64,000 nt of DNA, from NCBI GenBank assembly GCA_049720475.1, contig JBNASH010000036.1, forward strand, positions 65,339-129,338. The letters run 5' to 3'. Position numbers and translations under genes: made by a program. Below, in pieces: positions 43,696 through 53,590 of the stretch (position 1 is the first letter of the stretch; every line of letters starts with the position of its first letter). A model generated the notes under the pieces. It was not told the origin of the DNA, did not search any database, and saw nothing but the letters and a program-made list of their open reading frames with translations. This DNA is from Minisyncoccia bacterium (GTDB taxonomy: Bacteria; Patescibacteriota; Minisyncoccia; UBA6257; JAAZHW01).

Positions 43696-45192
43696 ATGGT
43701 CCCAACAAAACAAAAAACAATTAAAAATCCTCGAGTGCGCATAGCCCCTTCACCAACCGGCTATTTCCATATTGGCACGGCACGTACAGCTTTATTCAAC
43801 TTTCTTGTTGCTAGAAAGTATGGCGGGAAATTTATTTTAAGAATTGAGGATACAGATATTGAACGCTCGAAGCCAGAATTTGAAAAAGATATTATCGACA
43901 ATATGAAGTGGTTGGGTTTATTATGGGACGAAGGAGTAGAAATTGGCGGAGAATATGGCCCTTATCGTCAAAGCGAAAAAAAAGAGATATACAAAAAATA
44001 TCTTAAGGAATTAATTAATAAAGGATTTGCTTACTATTGTTTCTGCACTCCCGAAGAATTGGAAATTAAACGCCAGGAAATGATGAGTAGGGGAGTAACG
44101 CCAATTTATGATGGCACCTGCCGTAATTTATCAGCAAAAGAAGTTGAAGAGAAATTAAAAAAAGGCACGCCATTCGTCATTCGTTTAAAAATGCCCTCCA
44201 AAGAATTTATTGTAAATGATTTAATTCGCGGAAGGGTTAAATTTGATGGGAAATTAATTGGGGACTTTATCATTGCTAAAGATTTACAAAACCCACTCTA
44301 TAATTTTAGCGTTGTTGTTGATGATTATGAAATGAAAATTACTCATGTTATTCGCGGTGAAGAACATTTGTCTAATACACCAAAACAACTTGCTATTTAT
44401 GAGGCTTTCGGTTGGTCACCGCCAGAATTTGCTCATCTGCCGCTCATTCTTAATCCCGACAGAAGTAAAATGTCCAAAAGATTTGGTGATGTTGCGCTTA
44501 AAGATTTTCGTAAGAAAGGATATCTACCACAAGCAATTCTTAACTTTTTACTTTATTTGGGTTGGCATCCTAAAGAAGAAATTGGCAAACCAATTAATGA
44601 AATTCTTGATTTGGAAGAAATGATAGAACAGTTCGATTTCTTTCGCATTCAGAAAGCTGGTGCTGTTTTTAATATAGAAAAGCTGAATTGGATTAATACA
44701 GAGCATATTAAAAGATTATCTCTTGACGAATTAACTGCTCAAATAATGCCATTTTTAAAAGAAAAATTTGGGGAAGCGCTTTTAACAGATTTAGAATTAA
44801 TTAAAAAAGTTGTTGATCTGCATCGGCAAAGAATAAAAACATTAAATGAACTGCCAATCATTGCCTCATATTTTTTTGTCTTACCAGATTACGATGAAGA
44901 ATTACTTTATTGGCAAAACATGACAAAAGACCAATTGATAGATAATCTTGACTTTTTGTATAATTTATTATCTAATTTAGATCCTAAATTATTTACAAAG
45001 CAACAATTAGAAGCGTTAATTATGCCAGAAGCCGAAAAAAGAGGTAGGGGAACGATTTTATGGCCATTAAGAGTGGCGCTGAGTGGCTTAAAAAATTCTG
45101 CTGGTCCTTTTGAAATTGCGGAAATTTTGGGTAAAACTGAAACATTAAGACGTTTAAATTTAGCTCGAGAAAAAGTAAAAAATAGCGACTAA
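43696..45192 (+). CDS. gltX: Glutamate--tRNA ligase
   Basis: RIAPSPTG..HIGT, LRIEDTD, THVIRGEEH, KMSKR. Confidence 0.97.
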   Translation: MVPTKQKTIKNPRVRIAPSPTGYFHIGTARTALFNFLVARKYGGKFILRIEDTDIERSKPEFEKDIIDNMKWLGLLWDEGVEIGGEYGPYRQSEKKEIYKKYLKELINKGFAYYCFCTPEELEIKRQEMMSRGVTPIYDGTCRNLSAKEVEEKLKKGTPFVIRLKMPSKEFIVNDLIRGRVKFDGKLIGDFIIAKDLQNPLYNFSVVVDDYEMKITHVIRGEEHLSNTPKQLAIYEAFGWSPPEFAHLPLILNPDRSKMSKRFGDVALKDFRKKGYLPQAILNFLLYLGWHPKEEIGKPINEILDLEEMIEQFDFFRIQKAGAVFNIEKLNWINTEHIKRLSLDELTAQIMPFLKEKFGEALLTDLELIKKVVDLHRQRIKTLNELPIIASYFFVLPDYDEELLYWQNMTKDQLIDNLDFLYNLLSNLDPKLFTKQQLEALIMPEAEKRGRGTILWPLRVALSGLKNSAGPFEIAEILGKTETLRRLNLAREKVKNSD

Positions 45193-45194
45193 TA

Positions 45195-46463
45195 ATGTTT
45201 AAATTTATTAAAAAAATAAAAATATTTTTGGTTATTTTTCTAATCTTGATTTTTAATTTAAATTCTGTATCCGCCATCACTTATCAAGAACTTCAAAAAC
45301 AAATTGATGCTAAAAAAAATGAGATTAATCGATTAATTCAACAGGCGGAAATTTATAATGCTGAACTAGAAAAAACGCAGGCAGCGTCTAGAACTTTAAG
45401 TAACGAGATTAAAAAAATTCAAAGTAACTTAAATAATATTAATTACAAAATAAAAATTAACGAAATCCAAATTGAAAAATTAACTCTGGAGTTGGAACAA
45501 CTAGAAATGGATATTGGCAATACCAGCGAAGAAATTAAGATTAAAAAAGATATTTTGGCTAAAACATTGCAAACACTTTACGAAAAAAATAAAGAATTGG
45601 ATCCTCTCATAATTGTTTTAAAAAATGTTAAAATATCCGATGCTCTTTCAGAAATTAATAATATCCAAAATATTAGCGTTAACTTACAAATTACTCTCGA
45701 CGAATTGGAAAATTTAAAAGAAAATTTAACCAATAAGCAAACCGATACTAATCGCAAAAAACAAGAACTGGAACAAGTAAGGATTAATCTTAATAACCAA
45801 AAAAGAATTGTTTTAGCCCTCCAAGATGAAAAAACAACCCTTTTAAATAAAACTAAAAATCAGGAAAAAAACTATCAAACTTTATTAGAAAATATTGAGA
45901 AACAAAGAGCAGAGATTGAATTAGAAATATCACGACTGGAAGAAGCCCTGAAAGCTCAAATTGATCCTTCGTTATTACCATCAGCCAGGCCGGGTTTACT
46001 TTTATGGCCAGTAAGCAATCCTGTTATTACCCAAGGATTCGGAGTCACAAGCGCTTCCAAATATTTTTATAATATTGGCCGCTATAAAACCCCAACACAT
46101 AATGGAATTGATTTAAAAGCTAGCATTGGCACACCAATTTATGCCGCAGAAGACGGAGAAGTGGTTGCGGTCGGAAATCAAGATTTATACTGTTATAAAG
46201 GAGCTTACGGAAAATTTATTGTTATTAGGCATTACAATAATTTAACAACTCTTTATGCACATCTTTCATTGCAAACAGTTAAAAAAGGCGATATAGTAAA
46301 AAGAGGAGACATTATAGGATATAGCGGAAGTTCGGGCTTTGCCACTGGTCCGCACCTACATTTTACCGTTTATTTTTCTCCAACTTTTCAAATGACAAGT
46401 AGTGCTTCCTGTGGCCCGATGCCTATTGGCGCTCCAGTCAACCCACTTCCATATCTTCAATAA
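45195..46463 (+). CDS. Coiled-coil M23 peptidase (EnvC/MepM-like)
   Basis: Signal peptide, long coiled coil, HNGID, YAHL, GPHLHF. Confidence 0.9.
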   Translation: MFKFIKKIKIFLVIFLILIFNLNSVSAITYQELQKQIDAKKNEINRLIQQAEIYNAELEKTQAASRTLSNEIKKIQSNLNNINYKIKINEIQIEKLTLELEQLEMDIGNTSEEIKIKKDILAKTLQTLYEKNKELDPLIIVLKNVKISDALSEINNIQNISVNLQITLDELENLKENLTNKQTDTNRKKQELEQVRINLNNQKRIVLALQDEKTTLLNKTKNQEKNYQTLLENIEKQRAEIELEISRLEEALKAQIDPSLLPSARPGLLLWPVSNPVITQGFGVTSASKYFYNIGRYKTPTHNGIDLKASIGTPIYAAEDGEVVAVGNQDLYCYKGAYGKFIVIRHYNNLTTLYAHLSLQTVKKGDIVKRGDIIGYSGSSGFATGPHLHFTVYFSPTFQMTSSASCGPMPIGAPVNPLPYLQ

Positions 46464-46466
46464 AAA

Positions 46467-46479
46467 TTGTGCGACATAT
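46467..46479 (+). repeat. 13-bp direct repeat of the dif right arm
   Basis: TTGTGCGACATAT, identical to 47027-47039. Confidence 0.75.
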
Positions 46480-46493
46480 AATTAAATTATAAT

Positions 46494-46910
46494 ATGTTGA
46501 ACAAATATAAACCTATAATTTTTCTTTTCGTTATATCTTTATTTATTCTAATAAACATTCCGACAGTTCAATCCCAAAACGCTACTAATTCACAAACAAC
46601 AATAACAAGCTCCTGGTATAATTTATTGCCCAATTTTATTAAAAATTTTATTCGTAATATAACCAATTTTTCTGAAGAAAAATTAACTCCAGCCATAAAC
46701 AATAAAGTTGGCGATATAATAAACAATCCTGGATCCCAATCAACCCAACAAACATTTTTTGATAAAATTAAAAGCCGTCTTTCAAATCTATCCCAAGAAA
46801 TTAATAACTTTTTTAAATTAGATGTAGGCAGCGCATTCCAGAAAATAATGAATTTATTCATATACGGCTTTAATAAAGGAGTAGAGTTTATTAAAAACTT
46901 ATTTTCTTAG
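46494..46910 (+). CDS. Hypothetical secreted or membrane-anchored protein
   Basis: 138-aa ORF with N-terminal signal-like segment and amphipathic helices. Confidence 0.6.
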   Translation: MLNKYKPIIFLFVISLFILINIPTVQSQNATNSQTTITSSWYNLLPNFIKNFIRNITNFSEEKLTPAINNKVGDIINNPGSQSTQQTFFDKIKSRLSNLSQEINNFFKLDVGSAFQKIMNLFIYGFNKGVEFIKNLFS

Positions 46911-47009
46911 CAAAAATTAATTTTTAACAAAACCGCCTTTAAAATTGTCTTATATTTATGCCTGATTTTTTAAGAGAAAAAGCTGATTTTGGCATATTTC
47001 CTTAAATAT

Positions 47010-47037
47010 ACGTCGCAAAAGATACCTTGTGCGACAT
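47010..47037. other. Putative dif (Xer recombination) site
   Basis: ACGTCGCAAAA-GATACC-TTGTGCGACAT, an 11-6-11 near-palindrome in an intergenic gap where gene orientation converges. Confidence 0.7.
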
Positions 47038-47147
47038 ATTGCAAATTTAGCAATTTCAATTCCCCAACAAATAAGATGGGATATTTTTTATAAATAATTT
47101 AAAAATGGCCTTTATAATTTTATTTTTATTTTTATAATTAATTAGAT

Positions 47148-48320
47148 ATGAGAACTTCCTATTCTAATCTTGAAATATTTGAAAATTGTCCAAAACGTTA
47201 CGAATTTCAAGTGATTGATAAAATTAAAGCTCCCACCACCAAAGAGCAATTTTTGGGCACTCTATTGCATAAAAGCTTGGCTTTTTTGTACAAAAAAGCA
47301 CCTCTCTTTCCCCATCTTGATGAATTGTTGGATTATTTTCGTGTCCAATGGAAAGAAGCCGATAAAATTAAATGGCGAAATAATGAGGAAAAAGAAAATT
47401 ATTTTAAAGAAGGTCTGAGAATTTTGGAGAGTTTTTATAAAAAGAATATCCCCTCTTTCTCTATTCCTCTGGCTTTAGAGAGTTATTTTGAAACTGAAAT
47501 TGAAGACGAACAAAATAATACAACTCATATTGTTACCGGTCGCATTGATCGCATTGATAAAAAAGAAGATGAGACTTTCGAAATAATTGATTATAAAACC
47601 AGCAAAAAAATGCCTTCGGAAGATAGTTTAACAAATAACTTACAATTAGCGGTTTATATTTTAGGTTTTTTAAAAAAATGGCCCCATTTAACTTCAATTG
47701 ATAAAATAAATCTTACTCTTTACTATCTTAAACACGGTGAATATCTTACCGGCAAAAAAACGGAAAATGACATTTCTCTTACAAAAAAACGCATTCTAAA
47801 GAATATTCATGAAATCGAAAAGAATTATTTCCCGCCTATCCCCTCAAAATTATGCAATTCCTGTCCTTATCGGAAAATCTGTCCAATGTGGTCTCATTTG
47901 TATCAAAAAGAAAAAACGCCAGAAGAGGTAGAAATTAAAAAGTTAATTTCCGAATATTTTAAATTAAAAGAAGAGGCTGATAATAATAAAATTAAGCTCG
48001 AGCAAATTAAAAAAGAAATAAATCGCTATGCCGAAGAAAAACAATTGGGACGAATTTTTGGTGAAGAAGGATTTTTTGCTTATCAAACTCAGCAGATTAA
48101 AGAATATGATATGGAAAAATTAAAAAATTTGCTGATTAAAACTAATTTATGGAATGAGGTATCGATGTTGGATAAAAAAAGATTAGAAAAGCTATTAAAA
48201 AAATTAGATTCTTCTCTTCTCCAGCAAATTGAGCAATTGCAAAAAGTAAAAAATCGCAAAGTTCTCAAAGCATTCAAAAAAGATATTGCAATAATAAAAA
48301 AGACTCTTGAAGAAGAATAA
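47148..48320 (+). CDS. PD-(D/E)XK nuclease, RecB/AddB/Cas4-like, probable Fe-S cluster
   Basis: SYS.L..FE.CP, GT.LH, GRIDRID, IIDYKT, QL.VY, CNSCPYRKIC. Confidence 0.88.
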   Translation: MRTSYSNLEIFENCPKRYEFQVIDKIKAPTTKEQFLGTLLHKSLAFLYKKAPLFPHLDELLDYFRVQWKEADKIKWRNNEEKENYFKEGLRILESFYKKNIPSFSIPLALESYFETEIEDEQNNTTHIVTGRIDRIDKKEDETFEIIDYKTSKKMPSEDSLTNNLQLAVYILGFLKKWPHLTSIDKINLTLYYLKHGEYLTGKKTENDISLTKKRILKNIHEIEKNYFPPIPSKLCNSCPYRKICPMWSHLYQKEKTPEEVEIKKLISEYFKLKEEADNNKIKLEQIKKEINRYAEEKQLGRIFGEEGFFAYQTQQIKEYDMEKLKNLLIKTNLWNEVSMLDKKRLEKLLKKLDSSLLQQIEQLQKVKNRKVLKAFKKDIAIIKKTLEEE

Positions 48321-48322
48321 AT

Positions 48323-48478
48323 TTAATTAGAACACTTCTCAATAATAATTGGTGTTTTTTGGACAAAATTTACCGCGAACAAATAACCCAGAGCAAAACT
48401 AATTGTCACAATTAAAAAAATAAAAACTGCGATAATAATTACTTTTTTATTGTTGGCAAAAAATTCTTTGATTTGCAT
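48323..48478 (-). CDS. Small single-TM protein (51 aa), not in the ORF track
   Basis: MQIKEFFANNKKVIIIAVFIFLIVTISFALGYLFAVNFVQKTPIIIEKCSN fills the gap between the nuclease gene and rpmA. Confidence 0.6.
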   Translation of the reverse strand: MQIKEFFANNKKVIIIAVFIFLIVTISFALGYLFAVNFVQKTPIIIEKCSN

Positions 48479-48553
48479 TTTTTTAAAAAATATTTAAAAT
48501 ATTTCTTTAAAGTTAAAGATGGTCGCTATTCGTTTATATTATAATAAATCTTT

Positions 48554-48826
48554 ATGGCTCATACAAAATCCGGTGGTTCAACAAGATTAGGAAGAGATTC
48601 CGAAGCAAAACGTTTAGGAGTTAAATTATTCGATGGCCAAAAAGCCAAAAAAGGAGCTATTATTGTTCGCCAAAGAGGAGAAAGAATTAAAGCAGGAAAA
48701 AATGTTGGTGTTGGTAAAGATTATACTCTCTACGCCTTAAAAGAAGGCATTGTTAAATTTTCAGAAAAACAAAAAGTTAATTTTGATGGTTCCAAAAAGA
48801 GAGTGAAAGTTGTCTCTGTTATTTAA
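48554..48826 (+). CDS. rpmA: 50S ribosomal protein bL27
   Basis: [37 protein letters not shown]. Confidence 0.97.
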   Translation: MAHTKSGGSTRLGRDSEAKRLGVKLFDGQKAKKGAIIVRQRGERIKAGKNVGVGKDYTLYALKEGIVKFSEKQKVNFDGSKKRVKVVSVI

Positions 48827-49269
48827 TTTAATGGCGTTATTTTGATTTTTAATTCAGTCTCTATTTCGGGACTGAATTTTATTTTTATTACATACTCCCC
48901 TACTTCCTTGAATGGTTTATCTAAAACAATTTGTTTTTCTTTTATATCAAAACCACGTTTATTTAATTGTTCAATAATTTCTTCTTTATGTAAAGAGCCA
49001 AATAACTTGCCTTTTTCATCTGCTTTAATTTTAAATTCTATTAGCTCGCTTTTTAATCTCTTTGCCCATTCTCTAAATTTTTTTTCTTGCTGTTCTTTGA
49101 TGAAAGCTTCTTGTTTTTTCAGAAGTTCGATTTGATGTATTTTTTCTGGTGTAGCAATAACTGCCATTTTTCTGGGGATCAAAAAATTGCGGGCATAACC
49201 ATCTGCCACCTCTTTAATTTCGTTTTTCTTCCCTAATTTCGGGACATCAACCAACAAAACAACCTTCAT
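48823..49269 (-). CDS. rplI: 50S ribosomal protein bL9
   Basis: [29 protein letters not shown]. Confidence 0.96.
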   Translation of the reverse strand: MKVVLLVDVPKLGKKNEIKEVADGYARNFLIPRKMAVIATPEKIHQIELLKKQEAFIKEQQEKKFREWAKRLKSELIEFKIKADEKGKLFGSLHKEEIIEQLNKRGFDIKEKQIVLDKPFKEVGEYVIKIKFSPEIETELKIKITPLN

Positions 49270-49272
49270 AAT

Positions 49273-50559
49273 TTATTTATTGATAAGAGATTTTATAACT
49301 TCTAAAGCTTTTTCTAGTTGTAAATCTTTCTCACTTTCAGGAGATGCATTCTCATCGTTTTTAACTTCATAATCTGGCTCTAATCCCTTTTCATTAATTT
49401 GATGTCCATCAGGAGTTAACCATTCAGCGATAGTAATTTTTACCATTGAATTATCAGTTAATGGTAAAAGGGTTTGAACAGAACCCTTGCCAAAAGTTTT
49501 GACACCTACTAATTTAATACCACGTAAATCTCTTAAAGCACCGGCTAAAATTTCAGCAGCCGAAGCAGAACCTTCATTCACTAATATAACCACCGGCATA
49601 TTAATAAACATTTGATTGCCGGTCGCTTTAAAAACCTGTTCTCGATTATCCCTTTCTCTTTCTCGCACAACAACATCACCCCGTTTTACAAACCAACCTG
49701 CTATTTCCACCGCCTTATCTAAATAACCGCCAGGATTATTTCTCAAATCCAAAATAATACCTGGCGAATTCTTCATAATTATTTGGGTTGCTGCTCGATA
49801 AAATTCGAAAGAAACATTTTCGGTGAAACTTAATAATTTAAGATGGGCGATATTGTTTTCTAAAAAATTAATTTTTACTGCTGGTATGTTAATAATATCC
49901 CTAACAATAGTAAAGTCTTTTGGTTGGTCAAAACCATCACGCATAATCTTCAAAGTCACCGACGTTCCTTTTTCTCCTCTAATCTTTTTTACCGCCTCAT
50001 CGACACTAAGGCTATCTGTAGCTTCATCATTAATAGCTAAAATTTTATCACCGGCTTTAATCCCTGCCTTCCAAGCAGGCGTATCCTCCAATGGTGAAAT
50101 CACTACTAAAAAATTGTCTCTCTTCCCTATCTCAATTCCTACTCCTCCAAAACTACCACTAACATCCTCCGTAAATTTTTTGGCATCATCAGGTTTAAAA
50201 AATACAGTGTAAGGGTCGCCCAATGAATCTACCATTCCTTTAATTGCCCCGTATACCATTTCCTGAGGATTCAATTTCTCAGATTTCAAAAAATATGCCT
50301 GGACATAACGCCACGCATCCCAAAATAAAGAAAAATCTACACCCTCGGGTTTATTTAGATCAGCATTTTTTATTCCCTCAATTGGTACAGTATAAACTTG
50401 GCTTTTTTGACCAATCTGCAAACCAGCAATAAACGCCCCACAAATTAAAATAATAACAATCGCAATTATTAAAGGCTTTTTAAAATTTTTGCTTTTTTCT
50501 TTTTGTTGCTGACGATAGCGCTGATACAAATCTTTTATCTTATTCACAAATTTTTTCAT
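49273..50559 (-). CDS. S41 carboxy-terminal processing protease (CtpA-like)
   Basis: LGDPYT, PDZ GGVGI, LDLRNNPGG, SASAAEILAGAL, TFGKGSVQ. Confidence 0.93.
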   Translation of the reverse strand: MKKFVNKIKDLYQRYRQQQKEKSKNFKKPLIIAIVIILICGAFIAGLQIGQKSQVYTVPIEGIKNADLNKPEGVDFSLFWDAWRYVQAYFLKSEKLNPQEMVYGAIKGMVDSLGDPYTVFFKPDDAKKFTEDVSGSFGGVGIEIGKRDNFLVVISPLEDTPAWKAGIKAGDKILAINDEATDSLSVDEAVKKIRGEKGTSVTLKIMRDGFDQPKDFTIVRDIINIPAVKINFLENNIAHLKLLSFTENVSFEFYRAATQIIMKNSPGIILDLRNNPGGYLDKAVEIAGWFVKRGDVVVRERERDNREQVFKATGNQMFINMPVVILVNEGSASAAEILAGALRDLRGIKLVGVKTFGKGSVQTLLPLTDNSMVKITIAEWLTPDGHQINEKGLEPDYEVKNDENASPESEKDLQLEKALEVIKSLINK

Positions 50560-50597
50560 ATTTTTTTATTATAAATTTTTTATTGTTTTTTTCAAAT

Positions 50598-51140
50598 TTA
50601 TTTAAGTACGAATCTTTTAAGGGGCGTGTAAACGGCGTGAGGTTTTTGTAATTTGCTTTCCATAAGAAATATTTCATTGGTTTTAAAATGTAACGGAAAA
50701 GAAATGTTTTTAAATGCTAAACGGGTCGGCTCAAAACGAGCTAGCGTTATATGCAATTTCATTTTTCTGTTTTCTCTTTGAAAGTTAATCCCCTTTTCAA
50801 CTAGTTTTGTTTCAAGTTCGTTTTTTGCTTTTTCCAAAAATTCATTATTTTCAAAATTTAACCAAAGCATTCTGGCATAATCATTGCTGGGCGCGACAGA
50901 AATATCTGTTGCATATAAATCAACCGGCGGAATTTGACCAAAAACTTCCTCGCTGATGTTTAAAATAATAGGAAGATCGTCCATTAAAATACTGCCCAAA
51001 AATAGAATAGTTAAATGAAGATTGTCTTTTGGAGTATATTTAACATTAATTGGCAAGGGAATTTCTTTGACTTGCCTTTCAATTTTATCTTTTAATGAGT
51101 CGGGTAGATTAATCGCAAAAAACAATCGTAAGCTTTCCAT
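50598..51140 (-). CDS. thpR: RNA 2',3'-cyclic phosphodiesterase (2H family)
   Basis: RLFFAI, two HxT motifs (HLT, HIT), L.ES.L.....Y. Confidence 0.9.
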   Translation of the reverse strand: MESLRLFFAINLPDSLKDKIERQVKEIPLPINVKYTPKDNLHLTILFLGSILMDDLPIILNISEEVFGQIPPVDLYATDISVAPSNDYARMLWLNFENNEFLEKAKNELETKLVEKGINFQRENRKMKLHITLARFEPTRLAFKNISFPLHFKTNEIFLMESKLQKPHAVYTPLKRFVLK

Positions 51141-51199
51141 AATAAATTCATTTTAATTTTTATTTTTCCTTTTGTCCATTTTCAGTATAATAAATATGT

Positions 51200-53089
51200 A
51201 TGTTTCTAATTTCGGCAATTCCTATTACCTATCTCCCCCGCTCCCAAAATAAAATCCTATCTTATTTCTCTTTTCAAAGAATTAACCCTTTAAGCCTTGT
51301 TTTTATCCCCTTAAAAAATCGCAAGGTGGAAGCTTTGGTTTTAAAATGTGAAGAGGTAAAATCAAAAATTTCTATTAAAAAAGCGGAGTTTCAAATTAAA
51401 CCCGTTAATAAAATTATTAATGTTAACCCTGTTCTTACTTCTCAACAATGGGAATTGATTCAACTTGCTTCAATTTGGTATTTTAACCCTCTTCCTTCTT
51501 TATTAAAAAATATTGTTTCTCCCATTAGTCTATTTAAAAACATAAAGATAAAAGAAGCGGAAACAATTAACAATAAATCCCAACCTCAAATAATTTATGA
51601 AAATGATTTTACTTATATAAAAAAACGCGTTTCTCAAACTTTACAAAAATCAGAACAGGTCCTTTTTCTTTTTCCCAATCAAATTAAATTGGAATTTTAT
51701 TACCAAAATTTTCAGGAATTTCACGATCAAATTTTTATTTTTGAAAAGAAAAATTCTAAAAAGTTTTTTAAAAATTATCAATTAATAAATGAAGGTGAAA
51801 TAAAAATTGTTTTTGGTAAACACGCGGCTTTATTCGCCCCATTTTATCATTTAGGTCTTATTGTTATTGTTGATGAAGATAATGATGGCTTTGAAACTTT
51901 CGAAACAAAAATTCATTATAACGTTAAAAAGTTGGCCTTATTTTTAGCAGAAAAGTTCGGAATAGAAATCATTTTAACAACTTCTCTCTTATCTCCGGAG
52001 GCTTTTCTAAATATTAAAAATAAAAAATATCTTGCTGATTTCGATCTTTCAAAAAATAAAATCGATAAAGCGAAAATTAAATTGCAAGGTTTTAATATCA
52101 AAAGCGACGGACTAATTCATTTGGATACTAAAAAAGCTATCGAAAAAACACTCAAAGAAAATGGGCAGATTTTAATTTATAACAATCGTCGAGGTCATTC
52201 GCCTGCTTTAATTTGCAACGATTGCGGCTTTCTCTTTCAATGCCCTAATTGTAATGCTGCTTTGGTTTATCATAAAGATGAAAATCCGTTTCTTCTCTGT
52301 CATCATTGCGGCTTTCAACAAGAAGCGCCCGATTTGTGCCCTCGCTGTCAGAGTCATTTAATTCAATTTATCGGAGTTGGCAATCAAAAAATTTATGATT
52401 ATTTTAAAAACTCTTTTGCTAACTATAAAACAGCGATTTTCGACTCCGATCATCTAAAAAATCTTCGCCAAGAAAAAGAAAGATTTAACCAATTTATTAA
52501 TGGTGAAATTTCCATTTTGATTGTTACTGACTTATTTTCTAAATTTTTTGATCTGTTAAATAAAAAGGTTGGTTTGATTATTATCCCTGTTTTTGAACAA
52601 CTACTCGTTACGCCTTCATTCAACAGCGAAGAAAAAATCAGAAAAAATATCAAACTTTTATCTCAAAACACTAACCAGTTAATAATTCAGACATTTGATA
52701 GTAATAAATTGTGGTTCAAAACTCTCTTTGATGAAAGTTTTTATCAAAAAGAGTTGGAAAAAAGAGAATCGTCGTTTTATCCCCCCTTTGCTCAATTGAT
52801 CAAAATAATAATTAAAGACAAAAAAGCCAACAAATTACTATCAATTGCTGATTATTGTTATAATTTATTACTCAAGAATTCCCAAAAAATATTTAGCGAC
52901 AAGGATTATATTTTATCCAAGCCAGTTTCACCTTTGATTAATCGTATAAATAACCTTTATATCAAAGAAATATATTGGCGATTAAAAATAAACAATGATC
53001 AAAATTTGACCATTCAAAAACGCAATGCTATTTTAAAATTGTTGCCTGATGAGGTTGATATTGAAATTGAACCAATTGATATTTTCTAA
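51200..53089 (+). CDS. priA: Primosomal protein N' (PriA), helicase motifs degenerate
   Basis: NRRG....C..CG....CP.C...L.YH......CHHCG......CP.C zinc region, YPPF; no Walker A; DEDN instead of DEEH. Confidence 0.85.
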   Translation: MFLISAIPITYLPRSQNKILSYFSFQRINPLSLVFIPLKNRKVEALVLKCEEVKSKISIKKAEFQIKPVNKIINVNPVLTSQQWELIQLASIWYFNPLPSLLKNIVSPISLFKNIKIKEAETINNKSQPQIIYENDFTYIKKRVSQTLQKSEQVLFLFPNQIKLEFYYQNFQEFHDQIFIFEKKNSKKFFKNYQLINEGEIKIVFGKHAALFAPFYHLGLIVIVDEDNDGFETFETKIHYNVKKLALFLAEKFGIEIILTTSLLSPEAFLNIKNKKYLADFDLSKNKIDKAKIKLQGFNIKSDGLIHLDTKKAIEKTLKENGQILIYNNRRGHSPALICNDCGFLFQCPNCNAALVYHKDENPFLLCHHCGFQQEAPDLCPRCQSHLIQFIGVGNQKIYDYFKNSFANYKTAIFDSDHLKNLRQEKERFNQFINGEISILIVTDLFSKFFDLLNKKVGLIIIPVFEQLLVTPSFNSEEKIRKNIKLLSQNTNQLIIQTFDSNKLWFKTLFDESFYQKELEKRESSFYPPFAQLIKIIIKDKKANKLLSIADYCYNLLLKNSQKIFSDKDYILSKPVSPLINRINNLYIKEIYWRLKINNDQNLTIQKRNAILKLLPDEVDIEIEPIDIF

Positions 53090-53110
53090 ATTATAATTAA
53101 AGTAGTGATT

Positions 53111-53590
53111 ATGATTAAAATTTTAACTATTTTAAACAAAAAAGAGGAAGAATTCCTGCGCACTCCAACAAAAAAAGTTCCTCTTCCGCTTTCTGATGAA
53201 CACCAAAAATTGATCGAAAAAATGAAAGTTATTATGAAAAAGTCTGATGGTGTTGGTTTGGCGGCTAATCAAATTGGTGTAGACTTACAAATTGCTATTG
53301 TTGAATATCAAAATAAATCATATACCTTGATAAACCCCAAAATAATAAAATTATCGAAAAAAATGGAGTTGGGAGAAGAGGGCTGTTTAAGTGTTCCGGG
53401 TTGTATTGGTGTTGTTCCACGAGCCAAAAAAATTGTTGTTGAAACATTTGATAAAGATGGCAAAAAAATAAAAATTAAAGAAAAAGATATGCTGGCTCGC
53501 ATTATTCAACACGAAATAGATCATTTAAATGGCATCTTATTTGTTGATAAAGCCAAAGAAATTTATTATTCAAAAAATTATGCCAAATAG
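53111..53590 (+). CDS. def: Peptide deformylase
   Basis: GVGLAANQIG, EGCLS, QHEIDHLNG. Confidence 0.97.
   Translation: MIKILTILNKKEEEFLRTPTKKVPLPLSDEHQKLIEKMKVIMKKSDGVGLAANQIGVDLQIAIVEYQNKSYTLINPKIIKLSKKMELGEEGCLSVPGCIGVVPRAKKIVVETFDKDGKKIKIKEKDMLARIIQHEIDHLNGILFVDKAKEIYYSKNYAK

Noticed and set aside
47148-48320. Cas4 as evidence of a CRISPR system
   Set aside because: No array or other cas genes nearby; solo RecB-family nucleases are common
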